NCBI GenBank assembly: GCA_010093605.1 | Contig: MU004203.1 | Span: 512,391-576,390 of the forward strand | DNA from: Lophium mytilinum | Lineage: Eukaryota | Length of the DNA: 64,000 bases | Direction of reading: 5' to 3' | Part shown: positions 12,250 through 22,432 of the stretch, one piece after another | Layout of the letters: the number at the start of each line of letters is the position of its first letter | Position numbering within the stretch: the stretch's first letter is position 1 | Made by a program: the position numbers and the translations under genes | Notes under the pieces: generated by a model | What the model was told of the DNA's origin: nothing | Databases searched by the model: none | What the model saw: the letters and a program-made list of their open reading frames with translations, nothing else

Positions 12250-12800
12250 ACACTACTTTTTACATTTTGGTGAGGAATCTAAAAGCCTAATGGGGGTATC
12301 TCAAGCGGTGGCTACAAAGGTATGGGGAGTGCCTATTCTTAAGATCTAATGCTCTATGAGGAGGGATCTTTCACGTTGCCCAGAACGGATAGTACATAGT
12401 CGTGAGTGGGATCAATCTCTTTAGCGGATGAAAACCATGAGGACGTATGCTTTCCGTTGTGGACACTGTCTTTACGGTAGCAACAGTAGTAATCTTTAAG
12501 CGTCGCATTGCACAGCAACCAGTCTCTTCCACAGCTGGTCGTATCTTTTGATGGTCTTCGCGACGTACTGCTAGTTGTGGGAACCAAATACTACGCTGAT
12601 TGGAAATGCTTGTGGAATGCTAAGTGTCGAAAAGAGAAAGCCAGACTTGTCTTTCCCTTCGTGATGCGTGAGGGTTTGAATCTGGGCCAGCGCGTAACAA
12701 GGATTTGGCTGGGAGACTGCATGGGCATAGAGGGCGTTGAGGCTGTCGCTGTAGCAGTCGTAAAACGCTGAGGCCAGCGGAAGTAGATATAATACATGCT
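12250..12800 (-). pseudogene. Possible RIP-degenerated coding relic
   Basis: A minus-strand frame (...VFGSHN*QYVAKTIKRYDQLWKRLVAVQCDA*RLLLLLP*RQCPQ...) is broken mostly by TAG/TAA codons that would be Gln (CAG/CAA) before CpA to TpA change. Parent gene unidentified. Confidence 0.25.
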
Positions 12801-14449
12801 TTACTACCCATTTTTTAGTAAAGAGCACACATGGTGTGGAGAAGGGGGAGCCTATTCCTGAGTAGAGAGATACAATTGATATCTTGGATATTGTCAGGGT
12901 GGTTAGTAACCCGTCCAATCCTTGATTGGATTGAAGGTCGGTTTGTCAAAACTCTTACAGTCCGATCGAGCAATTCAAAGCTTTGTCAATCCTAAATCCG
13001 TTTAATCAACTCCAGCCACCTCTTGCTTAGCTCGGAGCGGAATGAATCATACCCTTTTAAGGTCTTGGCTGGCGATTTATTGATCGGTTTAATCGGCTGT
13101 AACCCGGCCAATTCAATCTATTCCCGAACTAAGTTTAGGTCACTATAATCCAATATTATGGCTAGTGATCAATCGGACGGTTTATTGACCACACTAGACC
13201 GTACCGATCTAAGATAGCCTCATAAATCTGGAATCGACTGGACAAGAGAAAGAAGAGGTATTGCAAAATATACCTCTTACTTATCAGCAGTCTAGGTTGT
13301 GTCTTCGTCCTGGGTGCACCATGTGCTGAACCTGGAGCATTCCTTGGGGAAATGGCATTTGCAGAAGGAGAATCTTCGGGAGTATCGGTCGGAAGACAGG
13401 GCAGGAAAGAGCACCTGCAAAAGGCCACGAATGCGTAATCCCAAGGAGCCGAGCGAAAAGACAGTGTGGGAGCTGAGAGAGAGCTCTAACGGACGATCGG
13501 GTAGCGACTTATTCTCTATCTGCTTGTCGTGGGTATTTTATGGTTCGTGGGCGGTATCGTCGTCTACTCTGCATTCGAGCTTCTGGTCCGGTAGTGGTCC
13601 CCGACGTGGTATCTGGGAATTCTGAGACTCAACGGCTGTCGCTTTTCCCTTCTGGATCATCGTGAGCGACACGAAAGAAAAAAAACTGCTCCGTAGCGTC
13701 ATCCATGCTGTGTTGCAATCCAGAGGATGAGCCCTTAAGATTAACGTCAGAGAACTAGTTCTACACCATGTCGGAAGATCAGATTGTATGTCAAGGCAAA
13801 ACGTATATTTGCAGTCCCAGGTGGAAACACATCTGTACTCCCGCCAATCCCACTCATTGAACTCGCACTTCGAATTGAGTGGGCGCGGATCAATAAGGTG
13901 ACCTTGTGTCGCCGAAGATGACGCTGATTTCTTAGAAACGGCATTATACGCGGGTAGCAGCTTCACAACCTTAGATGGAGACAACTGCAAAGGAGCTTCG
14001 GTAGCCGCAAATGCACATGACGGGCGCTCCATAGAAGAAACAAGTGCAGTCGGCGAACCACTGGTGGTGGTAGCCTGCGTAGGTCTGTTGCGCTCGAATG
14101 GGATGCAGCCCCAGCAGTTGGCCAGCTCCATGTGCCGCTTTCTGTCATTAACGGTTAGCCAGCCAGCATCATAGTACTTGTCATCTGTGTAGTTTCACGG
14201 ACGAAAATGAGTGTCTGCGTCTCCAACCATGCACTCAGAGAAGCGGCGGTGGTAATCATTTGAGCCATCCCTGGATAATGTTAAGCCTTGATAGGCCTCG
14301 AAATTGGTACGTCTTTCGAGACCAGCTCGCTCCCCAGATGCGGTGATCAGGATATTTCCACACTTGTTGTTATTGGAAAGCTAATCATTAACAAGGCAGG
14401 AGCATCCGGCACCTGCATGTGGGCGAGCTGTCTGGCGGAAAGGATAATT

Positions 14450-15771
14450 TCATGTTGCGTTTGAACCGGCATACCGATTCTGGTCGTCCGGAAAGCTGGC
14501 CTGAAATTTCGACACTGCTAGAGGGGGGAAGTCGGGATTCGACCCGGAGGCGCTCAATGCAGAAAACGCTTGGGTATAAAATCCTAGATCGATGTCGCCG
14601 GACGCTGTGTTGACTGTACTTTGCGTGTCAAGCCAGGGGGAGCATGCCTGCGGCACAGAAAGATCTGTGGGATGAGGTAAGGCCTGACCTGAATCGTTGG
14701 TGCTGATTCCGAAATAATCGGAATGAATCATATCGTCGCCAAATACTCTAGTATCGTGAGAGTTGTGATCTATTCTGGGAGAAGGACAACAGGCCGAGTT
14801 CCCCGGCATTTTTGCTAGTTGAGTGCTTTCTACAGCCGTGCAAGGTTGATAGCCCAATGAGGACGGCTGCCTGACGGCAATGTCATCGAGCACGCCCCTA
14901 GACATGTCAGGGCGCTCTCCATGCGGCTCTGGGCTTGCTTCTTGCCTTTTCACTCGTCGCTTGTCCCCATTGACTACTTTTCTTAAAGCTTCGACAAACT
15001 CTAAAATTTGCTTGGAGAATCCTTGTCGATCGTACACGGTTTGTAGCTTTGGGCTTTGGGATTCCGCATCGTCTTGTAAAAGTCTTGATAGCACTAAAAC
15101 GGTCAGCAATATTCTTTCGATTGTAGATTACTTTGCTGACCCTTCGGTGCTGTTTCTGGCATTTATCACAAGCCTGAGTTTGTCGCTTTCGTATGTAGTT
15201 ATCTCTCTCCGGGGTATTCATTCGCCGCCTGGACCTCACTTTTGAACGGCGGCCGGTGGCGAGATTCCAAGCTCCCATCATCTCGTCTTGTGATGGTGGA
15301 TCAAAACGATGATTGCGTGTCGCCTCATTTATGCCAGCTTCCGCACATGGGGAGACACAACTTCCAGCCAACAGGTGGAAGGGAACTTCTAACGATGAAC
15401 CAAGCTCAACGTTTGTATCAGAAGTACTAGGGGTAGAATGCTTCTCCGGTTCTGCGGTCTGACGGGGAAATGGGACAGCTGTCCCGGCATCGTTGGCCTG
15501 ATTAGAGCTGGTGTAATTAGAGGTCTGGAAGACGTCCTTCTCGGCTGTACTACTGGATGCTCCATCTTCTCTCCTCTCCGTCATGAAAAAAGCTATAGAG
15601 GCTTCCATCTGTCTTTCCGTATTGGTTACGACACCTGGGAATGCTTCTTTCAGAGCCTCATAGTTCGTCCGATCCAAGAGGCGGGAACCATATCAAACTA
15701 GCAGATGGACGACCCTTGTCTGCCGAGAACTTCGAAGAGCGAGAGATCCGATATCCTGGCGCTGTTGTCAT
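14450..15771 (-). pseudogene. Fungal Zn-cluster-like transcription factor gene, apparently frameshifted; 3' extent uncertain (may continue to about 13540)
   Basis: Basic region plus AC-xx-C motif: SKVRSRRRMNTPERDNYIRKRQTQACDKCQKQHRR/C, with intron 15140-15094. ATG 15771 reads ...LIWFPPLGSDEL* and continues in another frame as YEALKEAFPG. After the intron the frame stops near 15000 while a different frame stays open to 14450. Confidence 0.5.
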
Positions 15772-16615
15772 GTTTTCTTCTTATAATCGTGAAGCGTATA
15801 CGATTAGAAGCTCGACAGATGTTTGTGTTGATGATCTGCGGAGAAAGACTGAACAGATAATGCGCGGAATAGTAGCTGCAGATGGCACAGGAAATGAGGA
15901 TGCAGCGTGGCAGCTTGATCAAATTTGAGTTTTGGCAGGCGAGATTGGGAAGCTGATTCTTTCGACAGTGGAGATTGAGATGCGGCTTATAGGGGAAGCA
16001 AATCTATGAAGTAAGCTCCGGGATCGATTTGGGGATACTGTAACAAAAAGCGTGGGTAAAGCCTACACCTAGATGTAGTCTTACGTGGCAGACAGTGTTA
16101 ATCAAGTTTTGATTGTGCAGAGTTTAAGGCAACAATGCTGAAACGAAGCATCGCGTAAATGACCCAAACCCGACTCCGCATATGCGCCAAGGACCGGTGA
16201 GCGTTGAATCTGCGTATCGGGTGTCACGATGCGGGTAAGAATGCGGAGTCTCCTCTTGAGGACCATGTAGGGCTTCCGACTATCCGTGGCAATTCCTAGC
16301 CCGGTCATCAAAGGTAGGTGTTAGCATTCGAGCCTTCCATTCGAAGAAACCCCCCGATATATACACTAGAATAAACAAGGGTAAAAGGGTGGTATCGTTG
16401 TCATTGGCTGCTACGTCGGATCATCTGCATGAGGTTAAGAATCCCACTTGATGTGGAGGACATGCAAGAACGTCGAATGGTCGTAACATTAGGAAAGAGA
16501 CACAACGGAATCAAGGTTCGAATTGCTCAGTTACGGACCAGGGCAGGCTAGTGGGCAATTCGTAAATGTGTAGGTGATTCCTAGAGCGCTCCAATTAATG
16601 CTAGTCTCTGATCCC

Positions 16616-17923
16616 TCAATCAAACGTCGTCTTCTTGCCCTTCGACTCGACGATCGCCGCAGATCCTCTCTGGGCATTGGTATGGGCGGCTCCAGGGGCA
16701 ATAGTCCTAGCATCAACCTTGTGATACTCCCGAGGAGGACCCCAAGAACCTTTACCACCACGCGGCTTGCTGTTGGCGAACCGCCTGTTTCCACCATCCT
16801 CTCCTGCGTCCGCCCCATTCTCTCCCTTCTCCCCGCCCCCCTTCCCGCCATACCGCTTCTTGTATCTGGTCTGAGCATCTTCGGCGAACTCAACGCGGAG
16901 GGCACGGCCGTTGATCTGGTTGACGTACCACTTCATTTTCTTCTCTTTCTTGGGCCGTTTAGCCTTTTTGTTCTCGGTAATTGTTGCGTCGTCGTCCCCA
17001 CTTTCCTCGCTCTCGTCGTCGCCATGGCCCTTCGACTTGTATGTCCAGCCAACAACCGCCGCTTTTGCAGAATCTAGATCCTCAAATGTCACCCATGCGT
17101 ACCCTTTGCACTTCCCAGAGTCCTCAAAAGTTGCCATGAATACGTCAGTCACCTCACCACACTGTGCATAGTGCTGCGTGAGTTCCTCCTTCGTCACATC
17201 GAAGCTTAGGTTTCCAACAAATATTCGATTGTTTGGTGGCTTGCCATCCTTCGGTAACAATGCGTCTAGAGGATCCGTCTTCGGGCGGCCTTCAAAGCTG
17301 TTGGCATTCTTGATGAGCAGCCTTCGCCCTCCCATCAGTGTCTCGCTCAATGCTATAGCAGTTTCCAATGCCTCCAACGTCGAGAGGTCAACGTATGCAA
17401 AGCCCTTGTTCTGCGGCTTGAGGGTCTGCCCAGGCCTGGTCTCCTTGCTAGGTGGGGGCATATTCACTCGTGTGATTTGATCGTCGGTGATGTCGGAACG
17501 CTCGATGATGAAGGCGCGGAGTGTTTCTTTCGTAGCCGTCCAAGGGAGATTTCCGACCCATACCCCGTGCTTGGAGCGTTCGAAGTTCGGATTGCCTTTC
17601 GGCGCCCCATCTTCATCCTCACTGTCTGTGTCGGCAGGCGCAGGAGCTGCAACCATTGGCTTTCCCTTCTTCGCTCTCCTCAAGGCCTTCTTCGATGGAG
17701 GCTCGGGGAGGCTGACATCGATCTCGATTTCACCCTCTGGAAGGACATCTCTCTTGCGCTTCCGGGGTCGAGAGTCTGGAAATTCGGGGCTGGCCGCGGT
17801 TTCGTCGACGTCTTTGGCGGGCTTCGGTGATTTCGAGGAAGCCTTCGAGCTTTTCTTCTTCTTGTGCTCTTTTTCTGCAGATCTCCTGCTCTTCGCGGGT
17901 GGTTGGTTGTCGGACGCTGCCAT
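16616..17923 (-). CDS. NOP13: Nucleolar two-RRM RNA-binding protein, Nop13-like
   Basis: Lys-rich N-terminus; RRM1 (GVWVGNL...NKGFAYVD), RRM2 (RIFVGNLSF...KCKGYAWVTF); C-terminal IAPGAAH...IVESKGKKTTFD. ATG at 17923. Confidence 0.85.
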   Translation of the reverse strand: MAASDNQPPAKSRRSAEKEHKKKKSSKASSKSPKPAKDVDETAASPEFPDSRPRKRKRDVLPEGEIEIDVSLPEPPSKKALRRAKKGKPMVAAPAPADTDSEDEDGAPKGNPNFERSKHGVWVGNLPWTATKETLRAFIIERSDITDDQITRVNMPPPSKETRPGQTLKPQNKGFAYVDLSTLEALETAIALSETLMGGRRLLIKNANSFEGRPKTDPLDALLPKDGKPPNNRIFVGNLSFDVTKEELTQHYAQCGEVTDVFMATFEDSGKCKGYAWVTFEDLDSAKAAVVGWTYKSKGHGDDESEESGDDDATITENKKAKRPKKEKKMKWYVNQINGRALRVEFAEDAQTRYKKRYGGKGGGEKGENGADAGEDGGNRRFANSKPRGGKGSWGPPREYHKVDARTIAPGAAHTNAQRGSAAIVESKGKKTTFD

Positions 17924-18239
17924 TGTGTGCTGTGGATGTTTAGTTGTGTTTCGGCAGAGCGTGAAAAAATAAAAGTTTTGGTGGAGACGCGGGAAAGACT
18001 CGATGCCAAGAGTTCCGACCTCACTCGAATAAAAATTACTCCACCACCACAAATCATAACAGCAATGACTCTGCTACTTTGCTCATAACCCTACATCCTC
18101 TTCACTTGGATATACGCCCTTTATTAAAAGCACATACTTCTCCTCCAGCCTGAGTTACAACCTTCTCTCACGTTAATGCCCTTGGCCCCGCGTCCTCCCC
18201 GCCGAGTCTCCGCGACTGTCGAACTCTCTGGCCTTAATC

Positions 18240-20921
18240 ATGGACGCTGAAGGAGATGGTATATCTCCAGAGGACTCGCGAACTGCTAGCCTTGGACGCA
18301 AGCGAACCCGCCAATCATTCGACGACGAACAAGCTTTGAACGGCGGTCAAGGCACTCAGGTCTCTGCCTCGAAGCATAATGTCACCAAAAGAGTTAGGAC
18401 AGACTACGGTGGCCTGCGGATAGCGAGCGATTCTCGTATAGATACGGGTCTTTCTATGGAGCTATTGTCTGTACCCGACGAGGCATTTGAGCAAGATGGC
18501 TACGCTGGACTTCCACATGATTCAGAGACGCAGCTGGCGGAACTAGGACAGCAAAGCAAAACCACAAATGGGACACCGACAGCCAAGCATGTTCATCAGA
18601 GCCGAGCTTTCTCGGCTGCATCCTCGGATGTCGCAATGGAAAATACAGACGAACCAGATACTGTGGAACTCATATCTTCCAATGTGGTATTGCCGACTGC
18701 GCTTGAAACAATTGCCCCTGGAACAAATGACACTTCAGCATACGAGCAGACCCCAGGACAAGAGACTGGGACAGTACCAGGGTATTCCGTGACAGATGCG
18801 GATCGTAGCGCTATTGAGAGACGGGAAACGAAACGTACATACAATTCCCTTCATTTGGACAACTCGAAAGAGCTTGCGACTGGGATCAAGGTCAATGTTT
18901 CCTTCGATCTTCCAGATGTAGCTGTTCACCCTATGGAAAAGCCGCAAGAGGCTCCAAGATCAGCATTCGAACACCACATCGCCCGACACGCACTGAGAGG
19001 GCTCAAGGCAATATACTACCCAGTTGGCGATCAGCAACAAGATCATACTGGGGAAGACCGTTTCCAGGCGTTGCTTTGCTATGCTTGGCACAAGTCGACA
19101 GCTGCGATTGAGAGCCTCCAAGACCACCCTCTGACCGTTTGGGGCGAGGCAAAGCCAGTCACAGTCAGCGTGCTTGACTTTGTCTCCGAGGATTGGGCAA
19201 TTGCAGACGACTTCTCCAACACCTTCATCAAGGCCAGAATCGATGCCATCATTGATCGCCTCCATACAGGGGACTTGAGACGGGAGGATTACGGTCCCTT
19301 GCGACATTTCGCGCCCAGAATTCAGAAGCAAGCTAAATGCGAAAGGAGACGCGAAAAGAGACACCAGGCTAAGAGACACATTGATGCTAATCAGGAGGTG
19401 CAGTCTATCACAGACAGTTTGGCCATTCCAAAAGACGCGGCTAGTGAAACCGACGCTGCGCTAGTCGATCGTTCGACAGAGCCTGTTTATTGGTTCCAAG
19501 ATCCAGCAGATGCTGTGCCTCGCTGTCAGATGTGCATGCAACAAGGGCACTCCGACGAAGAGTGCCCTTCAAGAACGTGCAGACATTGCCACGCGCACAA
19601 CGAGCACTTCTCCAACGCATGTCCGACGAGGAAGAGATGTGCAAAATGCCATCAAGCGGGCCATGCCGAAGATGAGTGTTACTCTTCTTTCTCCGTCAGG
19701 GTTATCCCATGCGATCTGTGCCAGCGCCAAGGCCACGCGGAAGAGCAGTGCTCCCTCCTATGGCGTACTTTCTTTCCTGAGAATGTGAGAGACCTGAAGA
19801 AGGTTGGCCAGCTCATCCGAAGCTGCTACTATTGTGGCGGGGTCAACCACTGGGGTGACGACTGTCCACTAAACCAAGCGTCGTCGGTAATGCTCTCGAA
19901 TGCCGGTTCGACCACGTTTTCAAGCAGAGAGGCTGCCTACTTTCTCCGCGGGCTAGAACAAGCAGAAGATAACGGCATAGCTATCAGGGGTAGAGCAAGC
20001 ACTGCGAGAGATGATATTAAAGATGAGAACGAGAATATTTCAAGACATGCAGACCCGGGAAATCTCCAACAAGCATACCAAAATCGGTTCACAGGAGCTG
20101 TCGCAGCAAACGTAAAGAAAAAGCCTCGGATGCCCCGCCTTGGGCGCCTTGACGACCTGATATTCCACCCGGGGAATGAGAGCATTAAAGAAGAGGACGC
20201 GCACGGGATCAACAGTCTCCGGCTGAACATCCAGCCAACAAATGGAAGGACCAGTAACGAGAACGCAAACGGGCCGGCCACAAACCCCCATGGGCTTTCC
20301 AACCGCTCAAATGGCGACTCTCTCGAAGCGCAGCGTGCATACAGGCTAGCCATGATGTCGCCGGAACAACATGCGAACGTCCCAGATGTCCAAAATGCTC
20401 AGAAGCGCAAAGGAAAATCATCAAAGAATGCGAACCTCTTACCACTTGGAAACGCTAATAGGCTAGGTGACCCAAATGCGCAACAGCTGAATGGGAACAG
20501 TAACGATGTTGGCGTCAATGAAGCCGGTCTAGGTCTAGACACGAATGGCAACGCCAATAGGCTAGGTGGCCCAAATGCTCAACAGCTGAATGGGAACAGT
20601 AACGGTGTTGGCGTCAATGAAGCCGGTCTAGGTCTAGACACGAATGAGGAGAAGGGGCCATTGCCTCCGAAGAAAAACAGGAAGAAGATTAAGAACAAGG
20701 ACAAATGGACGATGGCTGGGCAACTGCTCAATGCCGAAGGGCACCCAATCACTGCCGAAGGTGAAGGCAGGAGGAAAGGGAAAGAGAAGAATAAAAGTAA
20801 GAAGAAAGGAAAGGAGGCTGGGCTGGCTGCGGCTTCGGCACTGGTAGAACGGGCTGCACGTGTGAGATCCTTGACGAACCTAAAGTCGGGGATTCAGACG
20901 CGAGCAATGGCTCAGCGATGA
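18240..20921 (+). CDS. Zinc-knuckle (CCHC) protein, Air1/Air2-like TRAMP subunit, 893 aa
   Basis: Five CX2CX3-4HX4C knuckles (CQMC..GH..C, CRHC, CAKC, CDLC, CYYC..HWGDDCP) with an LWRT linker resembling Air IWRxY; basic C-terminus. Confidence 0.8.
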   Translation: MDAEGDGISPEDSRTASLGRKRTRQSFDDEQALNGGQGTQVSASKHNVTKRVRTDYGGLRIASDSRIDTGLSMELLSVPDEAFEQDGYAGLPHDSETQLAELGQQSKTTNGTPTAKHVHQSRAFSAASSDVAMENTDEPDTVELISSNVVLPTALETIAPGTNDTSAYEQTPGQETGTVPGYSVTDADRSAIERRETKRTYNSLHLDNSKELATGIKVNVSFDLPDVAVHPMEKPQEAPRSAFEHHIARHALRGLKAIYYPVGDQQQDHTGEDRFQALLCYAWHKSTAAIESLQDHPLTVWGEAKPVTVSVLDFVSEDWAIADDFSNTFIKARIDAIIDRLHTGDLRREDYGPLRHFAPRIQKQAKCERRREKRHQAKRHIDANQEVQSITDSLAIPKDAASETDAALVDRSTEPVYWFQDPADAVPRCQMCMQQGHSDEECPSRTCRHCHAHNEHFSNACPTRKRCAKCHQAGHAEDECYSSFSVRVIPCDLCQRQGHAEEQCSLLWRTFFPENVRDLKKVGQLIRSCYYCGGVNHWGDDCPLNQASSVMLSNAGSTTFSSREAAYFLRGLEQAEDNGIAIRGRASTARDDIKDENENISRHADPGNLQQAYQNRFTGAVAANVKKKPRMPRLGRLDDLIFHPGNESIKEEDAHGINSLRLNIQPTNGRTSNENANGPATNPHGLSNRSNGDSLEAQRAYRLAMMSPEQHANVPDVQNAQKRKGKSSKNANLLPLGNANRLGDPNAQQLNGNSNDVGVNEAGLGLDTNGNANRLGGPNAQQLNGNSNGVGVNEAGLGLDTNEEKGPLPPKKNRKKIKNKDKWTMAGQLLNAEGHPITAEGEGRRKGKEKNKSKKKGKEAGLAAASALVERAARVRSLTNLKSGIQTRAMAQR
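20448..20645 (+). repeat. In-frame tandem duplication, 2 x 99 bp (33 aa)
   Basis: 20448-20546 and 20547-20645 are near identical; both encode GNANRLG(D/G)PNAQQLNGNSN(D/G)VGVNEAGLGLDTN. Confidence 0.95.
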
Positions 20922-22432
20922 TGACGATGCTTGACCAGAAGATACCGGAGGAACAGAGACGACAGAACCATAAGGCCAAAGACAAAGCTCGGCGAAAAGC
21001 ATTTGAGGCTAATAAGATGAAAGCTAGCATAGTAGAGGGCCCACGTCGAGCAGCCTTGTTACTCGAGAAGCGGAATGCGAGATAGCCTTCAAGTCGACTC
21101 AAGCAATACGTGGCTGAATCGTTGGTGGTATTGCTGAACATGGTTGGATTCGGACGACGGACATTCTCTTCGCAATTCACGATCTTCACTCCTCACACTA
21201 TCCTACAACCGCCTTGCTCTTCTATACTACTCCAGGCTCCAAGGCCCGAACACCCTTATCACGTTGTTAACAGATGGGTTATGTTACTTCCAGCAACCAT
21301 GCTTGTGCCACCTCATCGGCGCCACAGCCCCCTCGTGCGTTCTTCCACATCGACTCGGGCCCACACAAAGGCGCGACATGGCTTTAGCGCCGGAGGCTAA
21401 GCGGGTGGAATGGAATGCATTACTTGTGCTTGTGCACTGGCGCCTACGAATGGGTGCAGACGGGCTTTGTGCGAGGTGTGAGGTGGCATGGATATGTAGA
21501 GAAAATGAGTTGAAAGCAGATTCTACATACTTACGCATGCCTACCCATCCATTGTCAGCACTCCGATCACCATGAATCGTGATGAGTATTCAACGTGACC
21601 TAAACCGTACATGTCATGCCTGGCCTCCCGATACGAGGCGGCTCTGTCTCGAAGGCATATCCATGCTTTGACTGGGTGAAACACGCGACCTTGGCGGTGA
21701 GAGGACGACGAGCTGATAGGATGATGGGATGGAATCATGTCGCACCGGTGAGCGGGCCGTCACGTGGAGGCTTCGGATCAAGCGCCAGTGGTGAAGAGTG
21801 AGAGCAGCTTCCAAGCCTTTCTTCGCCGCAGCTTACCGATACGCCTGCAACGCCTCGCGGATGGTAGGCCGAGCCTTCACCGGAGGCGGGCATGGGCGAG
21901 GGGGCCAGTACAATGCGTGGGGCGTGGCCGTATTGGGGCAGCACCGTCTAGATGGATTTACGACCATGGTTCTGTACTGGTTCTTTGGATGGAAGATGCA
22001 AGCAAAAAGTCTACCATTTTCTAGCAATAGATACTTTGAAGCCTTCCATCAATTAATAGCACTCCCGTGCAAACCGTATCTTGTTTCGGGCTCTGCCGGT
22101 GGACTGCTGCGAGAAGCTCTCTAGGCCGCAGTACATCGCCACGGTTTAGCGGCGGGCGGTCTACGGCTACCGCCCGCCCCGTGCTCGTTGCGTGGCCCAG
22201 TTGTCGACGGTTGCCTGTGAGCTCTCACCGACGCCATCCCCTCCTCTCCAACCCCAACCTCACCACACTTCTCTCCCCTCTCTCTTTCTACTCAACACCA
22301 CGCACTCCTTCCAACAACACCTGCTGCCACCTAGCTGACAGCCTCTCTCGACGAGAGCGTGGAGCCGACCAGACCGCTTGCCCCTCAACTCGAGACGTCA
22401 CTCAGCCAGCCGGGCTGACTCCATTCGCCATC

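Noticed and set aside
20448..20645. Repeat as a CRISPR-like array
   Set aside because: Two contiguous in-frame coding units with no spacers, in a eukaryotic gene.
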